Positions 8,810 through 17,582 of a stretch of DNA of 64,000 nt are shown here, in pieces. This DNA is from an uncultured virus (IMG/VR IMGVR_UViG_3300021958_009066). Lineage: Duplodnaviria; Heunggongvirae; Uroviricota; Caudoviricetes. The translations under genes and the position numbers were made by a program. The notes beneath the pieces are model-generated. The model made no database searches and was not told the DNA's origin. It saw only the letters and a list, made by a program, of their open reading frames with translations. The stretch's first letter is position 1. Each line of letters starts with the position of its first letter. The DNA lies in the IMG/VR virus record IMGVR_UViG_3300021958_009066; one strand, given 5' to 3'.

Positions 8810-9610
8810 TTATCTACGAAGTATTTTCTTAAACATCTTCAAATTATATTCTAGTATTTCTTGTTGATCGTCGTTCAGTTTTGCTTCTAACATATCTGCT
8901 AATTTTTGACTAGGTTTTTCATTCAAACCAAAATCATCGTTGTATTTTAGATTAAACATGGCCGCTACTACTGGGTTGGATGTGTCACAGCTCCGGATAT
9001 TATGTATGTTATTATCGACATAGTAACTAAACTCTCTCGCCAGACTACAACCTAACAAGTGTACTGGTTTGTTCCAATTCCATCTATTCTCACTTATTAG
9101 ATCTTGAATAAATTTACGACGACCGTTCATGTAACGCTCCAACTTAGTGTTACCAATACCGGTTGATAGGTAATATGAATAGTCAAAACTTATAGCCACT
9201 ACATCTGCATATTCTGCCATAAAACTATAGCACCTGACTAGGTCATCATACGTTTTACCTTGTACAACCCCCATTTTTGTACCGGGTATATCCTGGTACT
9301 CCCCTGTAAACGTATAAAACTGTGTGATGGTTTCTTTGCTCTCTTCTAATGTGTCAGGTACAATGTACAGGTTTGGTTCTAATAATTCAATCCACTTTGT
9401 ATATTCTTTACCGTCAAAGCTTTTACCCAATTCAAATATACTATTGTCTAAATATACACATTTATCGTGAATATCTTTAGCTGTTTTAAAAAAATTAAAA
9501 TATTCAGGATATTGTTCAAATAAATGTACTAGCGCATAGCAATAATCATTGTAATGTAATGATTGGTCTAATAAACTTAACGGGCTTTCGTGGGAAACTT
9601 CAATTCTCAT
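8810..9610 (-). CDS. dpdA: TGT-fold (queuine tRNA-ribosyltransferase-like) protein; candidate 7-deazaguanine transglycosylase of DpdA3 type
   Basis: LDNSIFELG, IVPD, MGVVQG, VHLLG, SCDTS in the order expected for TGT/DpdA barrels; formyltransferase neighbour. Confidence 0.7.
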   Translation of the reverse strand: MRIEVSHESPLSLLDQSLHYNDYCYALVHLFEQYPEYFNFFKTAKDIHDKCVYLDNSIFELGKSFDGKEYTKWIELLEPNLYIVPDTLEESKETITQFYTFTGEYQDIPGTKMGVVQGKTYDDLVRCYSFMAEYADVVAISFDYSYYLSTGIGNTKLERYMNGRRKFIQDLISENRWNWNKPVHLLGCSLAREFSYYVDNNIHNIRSCDTSNPVVAAMFNLKYNDDFGLNEKPSQKLADMLEAKLNDDQQEILEYNLKMFKKILRR

Positions 9611-9615
9611 ACCAT

Positions 9616-9644
9616 ATTATAATAAATATTCTATACAATATCAA
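9616..9644 (-). promoter_or_regulatory. sigma70 promoter for the dpdA-like gene, probably leaderless
   Basis: TTGATA-17 nt-TATAAT, 5 nt, then ATG (9610). Confidence 0.75.
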
Positions 9645-9646
9645 GC

Positions 9647-9675
9647 TTGAAAAACTGAAAAGCTATATACATAAT
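9647..9675 (+). promoter_or_regulatory. sigma70 promoter for clpC
   Basis: TTGAAA-17 nt-CATAAT, 7 nt, then ATG (9683); back-to-back with the dpdA promoter. Confidence 0.6.
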
Positions 9676-9682
9676 TATATAT

Positions 9683-12127
9683 ATGATGTACAACTTCTCA
9701 CCTAGAGCAAATGATTTATTAGCAAAGACACAATTATACGCTAGTAAGTATAATCATGGGCAAATTACTACATTACATTTGTTGGCCAGTGCGGTAAACA
9801 CAGAAGATAGTTTAATGCATGAGCTTCTTGTTTTACAAGGGGTTACCATAAAAACTTTTAGTGATAGATTGCACCACCAGCTCGATAATCAAATTATTAG
9901 AGCTAAAGATGAACAAGCAGTTAAAGTACCGATGAGTGACGAAGTTGAAAGAGTTCTCAGACTAGCTAAAAACATAAGTATCAAGATGAATCACTCTTTT
10001 ATAGGTACAGAACATTTAATGTTGGGTATAGTATGTCATACTGAATGCCAGGCATTTGGTTTTATGTATGATAATACCGTTGACCTACCAGGCTTGGCGC
10101 AAGCATTGAGAGAATATTTGAACCCTCAGCAACCAAGCGAACGTGACGATGATAGTGAAGTACATAGCGCCGCTACAGGTGGGATGGAGCAAACTCTCCC
10201 TCCAGGAGAAGCTCTGGCTCAATTTGCTACTGACATGACAGCATTAGCCACTGACAAATTGTTAGACCCTGTTGTTGGTAGAGAAGCAGAGATAGAAAGA
10301 GTCATGCAGGTTTTATGCCGGCGGCAGAAAAATAATCCTGTGTTAGTTGGTGAACCCGGGGTAGGGAAAACGGCAGTTGTTGAAGGTCTTTGTAATATGA
10401 TTGCTAATGGTGATGCACCATTACAATTGAAAGATAAAATAATATATAATTTAGATTTATCTCTAATGGTTGCAGGTACTAAGTATCGAGGGCAATTTGA
10501 AGAGCGTATGAAACAAGTTATGGAAGATCTTATCCGACAGAAAAATGCAATTGTGTTTATAGATGAAATACATATGTTAGTAGGGGCCGGGAATGCTGAT
10601 GGAGCAATGGATGCTGCCAATATTCTCAAACCAGCATTAAGTAGAAGTGGTTTGAGTTGTATTGGTACCACTACTTTCGACGAATACAGGGAATTTATTG
10701 AAGCGGACGGTGCCTTAGAGAGAAGATTTCAAAAAATTGTTGTTGAAGAACCAGATGTTGATATGACTAATGAAATTTTACTAGGTTTGAAGCATAAATA
10801 TGAAGAATTTCATAATGTAATATACACTCCAGAAGCTGTTGAGCTCGCAGTTAGTTTGAGTAGTAGATATATCACTGATCGTTTTTTTCCGGATAAGGCA
10901 ATCGATGTCCTGGACGAATGTGCAGCAAGGTTAAGATTGAAAACCGGGAACATACCGTCCAAGGTTTCAAAATTAGATGCGAGTATAGATGAGTGTGTCG
11001 AAATGACTAAAGCTAATTTAGATAAAGATGATTATTTAGTTGCAGCGACATTCCGGTCGGCGGAAAAAAAACTTAGGTCCAAACGATCTAATGTTGTTGA
11101 CAATGCACTCAAAAAACAAAAAGTTTTAACGATTGAACCTCAGCATATAAGAACAACTGTTAGTAGCTGGTGCGGCGTTCCTCTAGAACATTTGAAAAAA
11201 AGTGAATCTAAGAAGTTAGTAAGATTAGAACACAATTTAAAGAGACATATAATTGGACAAGATCAAGCTGTTCAATCAGTATGTGACTGTATAATTCGTA
11301 GCCGGATGGATGTGTCTGATCCAGATCGGCCGGTTGGGTCATTTTTATTGATGGGTCCTACTGGAGTCGGTAAGACATACTTAGCAAAACAATTAGCTAG
11401 GTTTGTGTATGGTGATGAGAGTAACATGATAAGGGTCGACATGAGCGAGCTTATGGAAGCTCACTCTGTTAGCAAACTTATTGGAAGTCCACCCGGTTAT
11501 GTTGGTTTTGGTGAAGGTGGTCAGCTTACTGAACAAGTTAGACAGAATCCTTATAGTGTTGTACTGTTTGATGAGATCGAAAAAGCGCATCCGGATGTGA
11601 TGCAGGTATTACTACAGTTACTGGACGAAGGGGTGTTAACCGATAGTAGAGGGGTTCAAATTAATTTTAGAAACTGTATAGTCTTGTTAACTACAAATAT
11701 TGGTGCAGATATGATGCAACATAACCATGTTGTTGGTTTTGGTAGTACTGATGAACAAAATATCGATAACGTCAAAAAACAATTGTTCCGTCACCTGAGA
11801 CCGGAATTTATCAACAGACTAGATGAAATTGTAATGTTTAACAATTTAGACCATGAGACATGTAAGCGTATTTTGAATAATGAGTTGAAAAAATTTACCT
11901 CAAGAATGGAACTACAGGACGTGATTCTGAATATTACTTCTCAGGTAAAGCGCATGTTGCTAGATCAGGGTTTTGATAAAAAATTTGGGGCACGTCCGCT
12001 TCGTCGTATTATACAGACAAAAGTACAAACCCCTCTAGCTAAGTTTTTACTCTCGTCAGAAAAACCGGTACGTTTAGGTGCGGTGATAGATGGAGATGAT
12101 GTAGTTATTCAAAAATGTGAGAAATAA
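9683..12127 (+). CDS. clpC: ATP-dependent Clp protease ATP-binding subunit (ClpC type)
   Basis: Double Clp-N repeats, GEPGVGKT and GPTGVGKT Walker A, short M-domain, VGFG ClpP-binding loop, GARPLRR. Confidence 0.92.
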   Translation: MMYNFSPRANDLLAKTQLYASKYNHGQITTLHLLASAVNTEDSLMHELLVLQGVTIKTFSDRLHHQLDNQIIRAKDEQAVKVPMSDEVERVLRLAKNISIKMNHSFIGTEHLMLGIVCHTECQAFGFMYDNTVDLPGLAQALREYLNPQQPSERDDDSEVHSAATGGMEQTLPPGEALAQFATDMTALATDKLLDPVVGREAEIERVMQVLCRRQKNNPVLVGEPGVGKTAVVEGLCNMIANGDAPLQLKDKIIYNLDLSLMVAGTKYRGQFEERMKQVMEDLIRQKNAIVFIDEIHMLVGAGNADGAMDAANILKPALSRSGLSCIGTTTFDEYREFIEADGALERRFQKIVVEEPDVDMTNEILLGLKHKYEEFHNVIYTPEAVELAVSLSSRYITDRFFPDKAIDVLDECAARLRLKTGNIPSKVSKLDASIDECVEMTKANLDKDDYLVAATFRSAEKKLRSKRSNVVDNALKKQKVLTIEPQHIRTTVSSWCGVPLEHLKKSESKKLVRLEHNLKRHIIGQDQAVQSVCDCIIRSRMDVSDPDRPVGSFLLMGPTGVGKTYLAKQLARFVYGDESNMIRVDMSELMEAHSVSKLIGSPPGYVGFGEGGQLTEQVRQNPYSVVLFDEIEKAHPDVMQVLLQLLDEGVLTDSRGVQINFRNCIVLLTTNIGADMMQHNHVVGFGSTDEQNIDNVKKQLFRHLRPEFINRLDEIVMFNNLDHETCKRILNNELKKFTSRMELQDVILNITSQVKRMLLDQGFDKKFGARPLRRIIQTKVQTPLAKFLLSSEKPVRLGAVIDGDDVVIQKCEK

Positions 12128-12734
12128 AATTAATCTATCTACCCCACGTGTTAACCGAGGTAAGGGAATGCGAGCGGGTACTGTTGCGAAAAGACGAGGT
12201 GGTTTTCAAACTAACTTATTACATGGGTTAGATGATTTATGTGTAAAATTTTTAGGTAATGAGCAAAAGTTAGATTTATTGGAAATCGGTTTCGGTAGAG
12301 GTATTTCTACAGAATTGTTTTGTTATTATGCCAAATCTGTTACCTCCTTAGATATTGTAACACATAAAAATGTAAATATGCTATTGAACAAATATAAAAA
12401 TTTTGCGTTCCATAACATATCTAGCACAAAGTTTTTATCTACTTGTCCACGTGATACATTTGACATGATATATATAGATGGTTCTCATGAATATAATGAT
12501 GTACTCAATGATATTATGTATAGTGTACCATGTTTAGTTGATAACGGTATACTAGCTGGTCATGATATGTTTAATTTACCTAATTGGAAGGGTGGAGGTC
12601 CTAACGATGTGACTTTAGCCGTGTATGATTGTTTTCCAGGTTTGATAACAGGTGAAGACGTTTTACATAGATTTTCAGATAGTTCCTGGGCTGTACAAGT
12701 GCGTAAACAAAAAAAGCATCAGCCCGGGGGCTGA
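12117..12734 (+). CDS. Class I SAM-dependent methyltransferase (Methyltransf_24-like)
   Basis: LEIGFGRGIST, FDMIYIDGSHEY, GILAGHD. Confidence 0.82.
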   Translation: MRNKINLSTPRVNRGKGMRAGTVAKRRGGFQTNLLHGLDDLCVKFLGNEQKLDLLEIGFGRGISTELFCYYAKSVTSLDIVTHKNVNMLLNKYKNFAFHNISSTKFLSTCPRDTFDMIYIDGSHEYNDVLNDIMYSVPCLVDNGILAGHDMFNLPNWKGGGPNDVTLAVYDCFPGLITGEDVLHRFSDSSWAVQVRKQKKHQPGG

Positions 12735-12738
12735 TGCT
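12709..12738 (-). terminator. Rho-independent terminator after the major capsid gene
   Basis: Perfect 10-bp stem AGCATCAGCC/GGCTGATGCT followed by a T run on the minus strand. Confidence 0.85.
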
Positions 12739-12791
12739 AAATTGTTCAGAGCGTGTATATCATTTCAACGCTCTAGGTTGTTACCTATAGC

Positions 12792-14318
12792 TTACAGATG
12801 ACCTGTGGACAAACCGCCCTTGAGACCGCCAACTAACACCAAGTGGTAGTAAAGCTCTGCACCGAAAATGTTGTCTACGACACCATAACGGGTGAGCAAT
12901 CCTACACGTGGACTGAAATCGTTGGGCCCGATAGTACGTTGTACCATAACGGGAATGTATGGGCAGTAAATGATACCTGTGTCGTAAAACTCAGGACCTT
13001 TATAACCCAACAGGGCATACTCGACCTGCTCACGTAAGCCTTGCTCACGTTGTGCTTCGGTGCGAGTGTCACGATAAACGTTGAACCTTCCGCCGAGGTT
13101 ACCTACTTTAGCAACGCCAACAGGTTGTGTGTTGACGGAACCATTAACAGGCATCCATGTAAACTCAGGAAGCATCTCGAGGATCGCGCAAACAGCGGGG
13201 CTAGCAACAATAAAGTTTGCTGCACCACGGCGGTTGCGAATTGCGATACGATTTGCTTCTACAATGAGTTTTGCGTAAAGGTCACGATTACGTTCTGCCA
13301 TCCAACGACCATCGGCTGTTTCAGCAAACCATGCACTGTACCCTTTGCCTATACCACCATTGATTGCGGTTTGGATCATACGAACGATCATTTCACGATC
13401 GATCTCGGCTTGAAGCTCATAGCTCATCGCATTGGTGAGCTCAGTATCAACATCGATACCGTTCATGTTCTTCAAGTCTTGTTCCAGTTCCACACTCCAA
13501 TTAGCAGCAAGCCTACGGGTTCCAGCTTCAACAGCAGTCTTTTCGAAACTTACTTCGATTGTTGGAATCTTGGATCCCAATTCGAATTGTCCGAGAAGAG
13601 CAGCTACGCCAGCATCCTGCGCAAGCGCGGTGAATGCAACACTTCCTGCTCCTGCGGATAAACCGAAGGCACCGGATGTGGTTGACGCAATAGAATCATC
13701 CATACCAGTGCTGCTCTTACCTGTGAAGCGGGTATCAAGATATTGATATCCAAGTTCACCGGAGGCACCGTTACCGAATGTTCCAGCTGTGTTTGCTCCA
13801 CCAGCAGCTTCACTGTACTGACCGTAGTTACCAGCAGCTGCGGTAAGACTTCCGTCTTTTCCGTTTGTGTTGGTTTCTCCGAGAAAGTCAGCTCCGTACT
13901 TGTAGCGCAATGCAAAAGCGAGTCCGACAGGACCGCTCATGGGCTGAACACCAACTAGTTCGTTAGTTAACAACTCTGGGAATGTACGACGAATCATCGG
14001 AATGAGGATCTTAGGAAGACGTGCATCGCCTGTGGCATATGCAGTATCTCCTGTAGCTGGCATGTTACCAGCTTGTGCTCCAGCATCGATAGAACCACCA
14101 GAGAATACTCCTCCGGTTCCACCAGTGATGTTAGCTTCACCAATACACCATTGCTCTTGGTTCTCCAAAAGCATAGCTGTGTTAAGGCGAGTGTGATCAT
14201 CTTCGATAGGTGCAACGTTTGCTGAATTGTAATCCAATACAGGACCCCATTTTTCGAGCAAAACCTTAGCACGACTTTCGTCGATATAAGCTTGAGTTGG
14301 TTTAATTACTTTTGACAT
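12792..14318 (-). CDS. gp23: Major capsid protein (T4 gp23-like)
   Basis: LEKW.PVL, LLENQE, GVQPMSGPVGLAFALR, ELEQDL, AEIDRE, LLGYKG, YCPY.P, RYG; SD AAGGAG upstream. Confidence 0.97.
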   Translation of the reverse strand: MSKVIKPTQAYIDESRAKVLLEKWGPVLDYNSANVAPIEDDHTRLNTAMLLENQEQWCIGEANITGGTGGVFSGGSIDAGAQAGNMPATGDTAYATGDARLPKILIPMIRRTFPELLTNELVGVQPMSGPVGLAFALRYKYGADFLGETNTNGKDGSLTAAAGNYGQYSEAAGGANTAGTFGNGASGELGYQYLDTRFTGKSSTGMDDSIASTTSGAFGLSAGAGSVAFTALAQDAGVAALLGQFELGSKIPTIEVSFEKTAVEAGTRRLAANWSVELEQDLKNMNGIDVDTELTNAMSYELQAEIDREMIVRMIQTAINGGIGKGYSAWFAETADGRWMAERNRDLYAKLIVEANRIAIRNRRGAANFIVASPAVCAILEMLPEFTWMPVNGSVNTQPVGVAKVGNLGGRFNVYRDTRTEAQREQGLREQVEYALLGYKGPEFYDTGIIYCPYIPVMVQRTIGPNDFSPRVGLLTRYGVVDNIFGAELYYHLVLVGGLKGGLSTGHL

Positions 14319-14370
14319 ATTGTGTTTTCTCCTTGACCTTGTTACTCAGGTATCGCTACCTCATACTAAA

Positions 14371-15297
14371 TTAATATTTACCAAGTTCCCCCATGTATGT
14401 ACGGAACAATGGATCAGATTCTGTCTCATCCAAGTTACTGGCACTCTCGGTTACAACTTGTTTAGGTTGTTCTTTTTTCTCTACTACAACATCAACATTC
14501 TTCTGTTGAGTGACACGTTGTTCACGAGCTTGTTCGCGAAGTTTCAAACGTGCTTGGTCGTCTTCTTTTTCGAACAACTTGACTGTATAATCAAAATTTT
14601 CTGCGATGAATTCAGCACTCTTACCACTGAGCACTCTTTTTACATACTCTTTCTTACGTTCTGGAAGGCCTTGACTCTTGCGCTCTAAAATGAGTTCTGC
14701 TTGAGCCCGGTCAAGATTTTCTTTCAACACTTTGGCTTGAGATGCTGTCTTTTGCGCGAGTGCTGTACTTTCATCTATACGACGTTTTCCGTCTTGTATA
14801 GCACTGGCCACCTTTTTCTTAGCAAGCATCTCATCTACGGCGAGAACCTCGCGTAGTTCTTCTAAAACTTGGGTTGCGCGCTTGTTGTTGACTGCTTCTG
14901 TTATATGCTCAAGTGGTAAAGCTTTTTCTACATATAATTCTAAATAGTTACTGATGTTGTCTACTAAACTCTCTTTGAGGGTACCAGCTTCTTCATTCAA
15001 CGCTGTTTGATACTTCTTGACAATGTGTGTAAGTTTTTGAGCGTGATTAGTATCTATAGCTTCAACTAACTTCTCCAACTTGACACAATGATCACTATCT
15101 ATTGCTTCTAACAGGCGTTCGAGCTTGGATGCATATGTGTCATCTTGCTCTACTAGGGCTTTCTCGACGTGGAGGTCTACACGCTCTTGTACTGCTGCAT
15201 CAAAAGCTTCTTGTATATGTCCCAGGCTTTCTTCACTCAGAATGTCCTTGGTGACCTCTTTCAACATTTCTTGGAATTTTTTATTTTCAGAACTCAT
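14371..15297 (-). CDS. gp22: Prohead core scaffolding protein (T4 gp22-like)
   Basis: Acidic coiled-coil, FDAAV, NYLELYVE; directly upstream of the capsid gene. Confidence 0.85.
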   Translation of the reverse strand: MSSENKKFQEMLKEVTKDILSEESLGHIQEAFDAAVQERVDLHVEKALVEQDDTYASKLERLLEAIDSDHCVKLEKLVEAIDTNHAQKLTHIVKKYQTALNEEAGTLKESLVDNISNYLELYVEKALPLEHITEAVNNKRATQVLEELREVLAVDEMLAKKKVASAIQDGKRRIDESTALAQKTASQAKVLKENLDRAQAELILERKSQGLPERKKEYVKRVLSGKSAEFIAENFDYTVKLFEKEDDQARLKLREQAREQRVTQQKNVDVVVEKKEQPKQVVTESASNLDETESDPLFRTYMGELGKY

Positions 15298-15299
15298 GA

Positions 15300-15455
15300 T
15301 TAAAAAAGTGGTTTTTTAGCGACCAGAGCAATACGTTGTTTGATTTTGTTGTGTAAAACCTTTTTCAGACTATTGTTAGCCTTGGAAAAATCACGTTCAT
15401 TCAGTTGTTTGATGAAGTTTAAAATAGGTTTTCTCTCAGGATTTGTATTTTTCAT
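15300..15455 (-). CDS. Small prohead core-like protein (gp67-like), 51 aa
   Basis: Hand translation MKNTNPERKPILNFIKQLNERDFSKANNSLKKVLHNKIKQRIALVAKKPLF; between protease and scaffold, TAAATA box upstream. Confidence 0.6.
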   Translation of the reverse strand: MKNTNPERKPILNFIKQLNERDFSKANNSLKKVLHNKIKQRIALVAKKPLF

Positions 15456-15473
15456 TGTAGCGCTACTAATTAT

Positions 15474-16145
15474 TTAGTCTAACACACGGTTAATTTTGTT
15501 TAGAAATGAACATATTTGTTCTTTTAAATAGGTGTCTAAATCTTTTCTAGGTAAGTTTTTGATACCTGTTTCGAAATCATCATACGTTTCACTGAAACTC
15601 CCGTCTTGTGATAGTACATATTGTTTGCTTTCGAGTATACCATTCACAAAAGCTTTTGGGAAGCTTGGATCAGCTACACAGTCGATAGCAACAAGTCTCA
15701 TCTCTTTGACATAATTGGCATCATCCTTTTCTTCTAGTTGCCCCAATGCTCTGCTGCTCATGCCGAGTTTCACACCATCCATTATCAAGCTGCGCATGAT
15801 GTTACCCACAGGTGTGCTCAACACTTGTGATTTACCATGGAAAACGTTGCCGTTTTGTTTCAACTCTGTCACCATGTGACATGCTTTTTCTGGATTCACT
15901 TCCGCGCTGGTAGGATGGTTCAACTCACCGAGCGCTCTTTTTTGATTGATCATCTCCTCTGTATAACGTGCCACTTCTTTGCACATCTCATCACCTTCGT
16001 ATATTCTACCATTTCGGTTTTTTTCTCCAAACTGCATATAAGGACCGCTCACAAACAATTTAGGTTCAGATTTATCGTTCTTTTCTTCTAGAATATACTC
16101 AAATTCATGAAGATCTGGTTTCTCAACTAATAATTTAAATGCCAT
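15474..16145 (-). CDS. gp21: Prohead protease (T4 gp21-like)
   Basis: NRNGRIY, RALGELNHP, LGMSSRALG, DCVADPS.P.AFVNGILE. Confidence 0.95.
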   Translation of the reverse strand: MAFKLLVEKPDLHEFEYILEEKNDKSEPKLFVSGPYMQFGEKNRNGRIYEGDEMCKEVARYTEEMINQKRALGELNHPTSAEVNPEKACHMVTELKQNGNVFHGKSQVLSTPVGNIMRSLIMDGVKLGMSSRALGQLEEKDDANYVKEMRLVAIDCVADPSFPKAFVNGILESKQYVLSQDGSFSETYDDFETGIKNLPRKDLDTYLKEQICSFLNKINRVLD

Positions 16146-16177
16146 GGTAATAGTATTTATGCCGTGTATACGGAAAA

Positions 16178-16612
16178 CTACTGTCTTTTACTACTAGGAA
16201 TTGCGTAGAACCCTATCACCATGAACATTAAATCGACAAAACTCGCTAATAACAAACCACCGGTCAACTCAAAAGTCACCCATTTTGTTTCACCCAAAAA
16301 CCAGCTCAGTATACCTCCACTAGAATCTGCCGGTTTTATTACAGTATATGATATATCTGGATTCAGTGCATAAAATATCATCAAATAACAATAAGTTGCG
16401 GTCAATGCCATGAACAACATGCGTCTTGTGGTTTTTACAAATGGGTCGCTTCGAGTTTCTTTTTGGCTATCTGCAATCATTTGCATGATCTTGTCATCTC
16501 TAGCAGCCATCAGTTGGCGATCGACCATACGCTGTTCTATCCATGCGTTTATCAGGTTAGCGCCGAGTTTGATACCAGCTCCCAATATCGTGTTCAAAAC
16601 ACTACCGAACAT
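16178..16612 (-). CDS. Membrane protein, probable holin (3TM/GTA-holin-like)
   Basis: N-terminal amphipathic helix, charged linker ending D.FVK.TRR, two TM segments, short basic tail after GFY. Confidence 0.5.
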   Translation of the reverse strand: MFGSVLNTILGAGIKLGANLINAWIEQRMVDRQLMAARDDKIMQMIADSQKETRSDPFVKTTRRMLFMALTATYCYLMIFYALNPDISYTVIKPADSSGGILSWFLGETKWVTFELTGGLLLASFVDLMFMVIGFYAIPSSKRQ

Positions 16613-16616
16613 GTAA

Positions 16617-16970
16617 TTATTTAGTCCAGTTGAATATTTTTGTTATAAAACTTCTAATATACTCTATCAACAATCCTATATACATTAAAACTAACGGGAA
16701 AAAACATAGTATCAGTACAATTGTACCCAGCACTATAGATACTGTGTTTGTTTGACTATACTGTAATGGTTTATTCTGTGGTTTAGTCTGTGTTGACAAT
16801 GTTAGTTGTTGTATTCGTGGTTTTTCCGGTGTTAACGGTACAACTACTTGAACTTCAGAGTTATCAATCTCTGGTGTTTTTATTTTTTTAACTAGCTTTG
16901 TTACTGAACATGATGTATTAACACCTAAATAACAAATTAATATTAGATAATTAACATATTTCATCATCAA
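16617..16970 (-). CDS. Putative lipoprotein with C-terminal TM helix (u-spanin-like)
   Basis: Signal-like N-terminus ending TSC, polar linker, C-terminal hydrophobic helix. Confidence 0.4.
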   Translation of the reverse strand: MMMKYVNYLILICYLGVNTSCSVTKLVKKIKTPEIDNSEVQVVVPLTPEKPRIQQLTLSTQTKPQNKPLQYSQTNTVSIVLGTIVLILCFFPLVLMYIGLLIEYIRSFITKIFNWTK

Positions 16971-17571
16971 AGTTTTTATATATGTCTATAATATATTTAA
17001 TAATTTCAATACTGTATCGATTCGGTACATACAGTTCTAACTGATTTAAATCATACGAGGTTCTATTTTTAATTACTAATGTACTTGTTTCGACTTTTAT
17101 ACCTATTGTCTTGAATGTATTTTCTATTTGTTCTTTCGTGTAAGGGTACTTGATACATGTAGTTTGTGGGTCGTTTTTAAACTTTCTTATTATTCTTTTG
17201 ATACCAAGTGGGTCATCTGGAAATTTGTATACAAATTGAGCTAGACGTTTATCAGGCCACCCGGATGCAGATCCTATAGTATCACAATGCATTTTAGATG
17301 CATTTATATGCAAGAACTGCCTTTTAGCCATAGATAGTATCGCATTTGTATAGTCACCATATATAAACAAACATGGTGTGTTTGTACCTTTATGCAACAT
17401 CATTGGGTTATGACATGTTAACGGGTACAATATTTTCTCATTAAGGAGGCAATTTGTTTGTATACCTTGTTTATATAAAAAGTTTGATATGTAGTTAGAA
17501 CCTACACCACCGTGAGAGACTATACACAAATCTTGTTCTGAAATATATGGTTTGAGTTTGCTCGGGTGCAT
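16951..17571 (-). CDS. Hypothetical protein with sulfotransferase-like P-loop
   Basis: IVSHGGVGSNYI near the N-terminus and FIYGD..NAILS resembling the RDP...S motif. Confidence 0.4.
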   Translation of the reverse strand: MHPSKLKPYISEQDLCIVSHGGVGSNYISNFLYKQGIQTNCLLNEKILYPLTCHNPMMLHKGTNTPCLFIYGDYTNAILSMAKRQFLHINASKMHCDTIGSASGWPDKRLAQFVYKFPDDPLGIKRIIRKFKNDPQTTCIKYPYTKEQIENTFKTIGIKVETSTLVIKNRTSYDLNQLELYVPNRYSIEIIKYIIDIYKNFDDEIC

Positions 17572-17582
17572 CGGTGTATTTA

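Noticed and set aside
12843..14272. Many overlapping ORFs on the opposite strand or alternate frames of the capsid gene (also over gp13, portal and the tape-measure-like gene)
   Set aside because: Shadow ORFs produced by codon bias and low-complexity sequence; no motifs or promoters.
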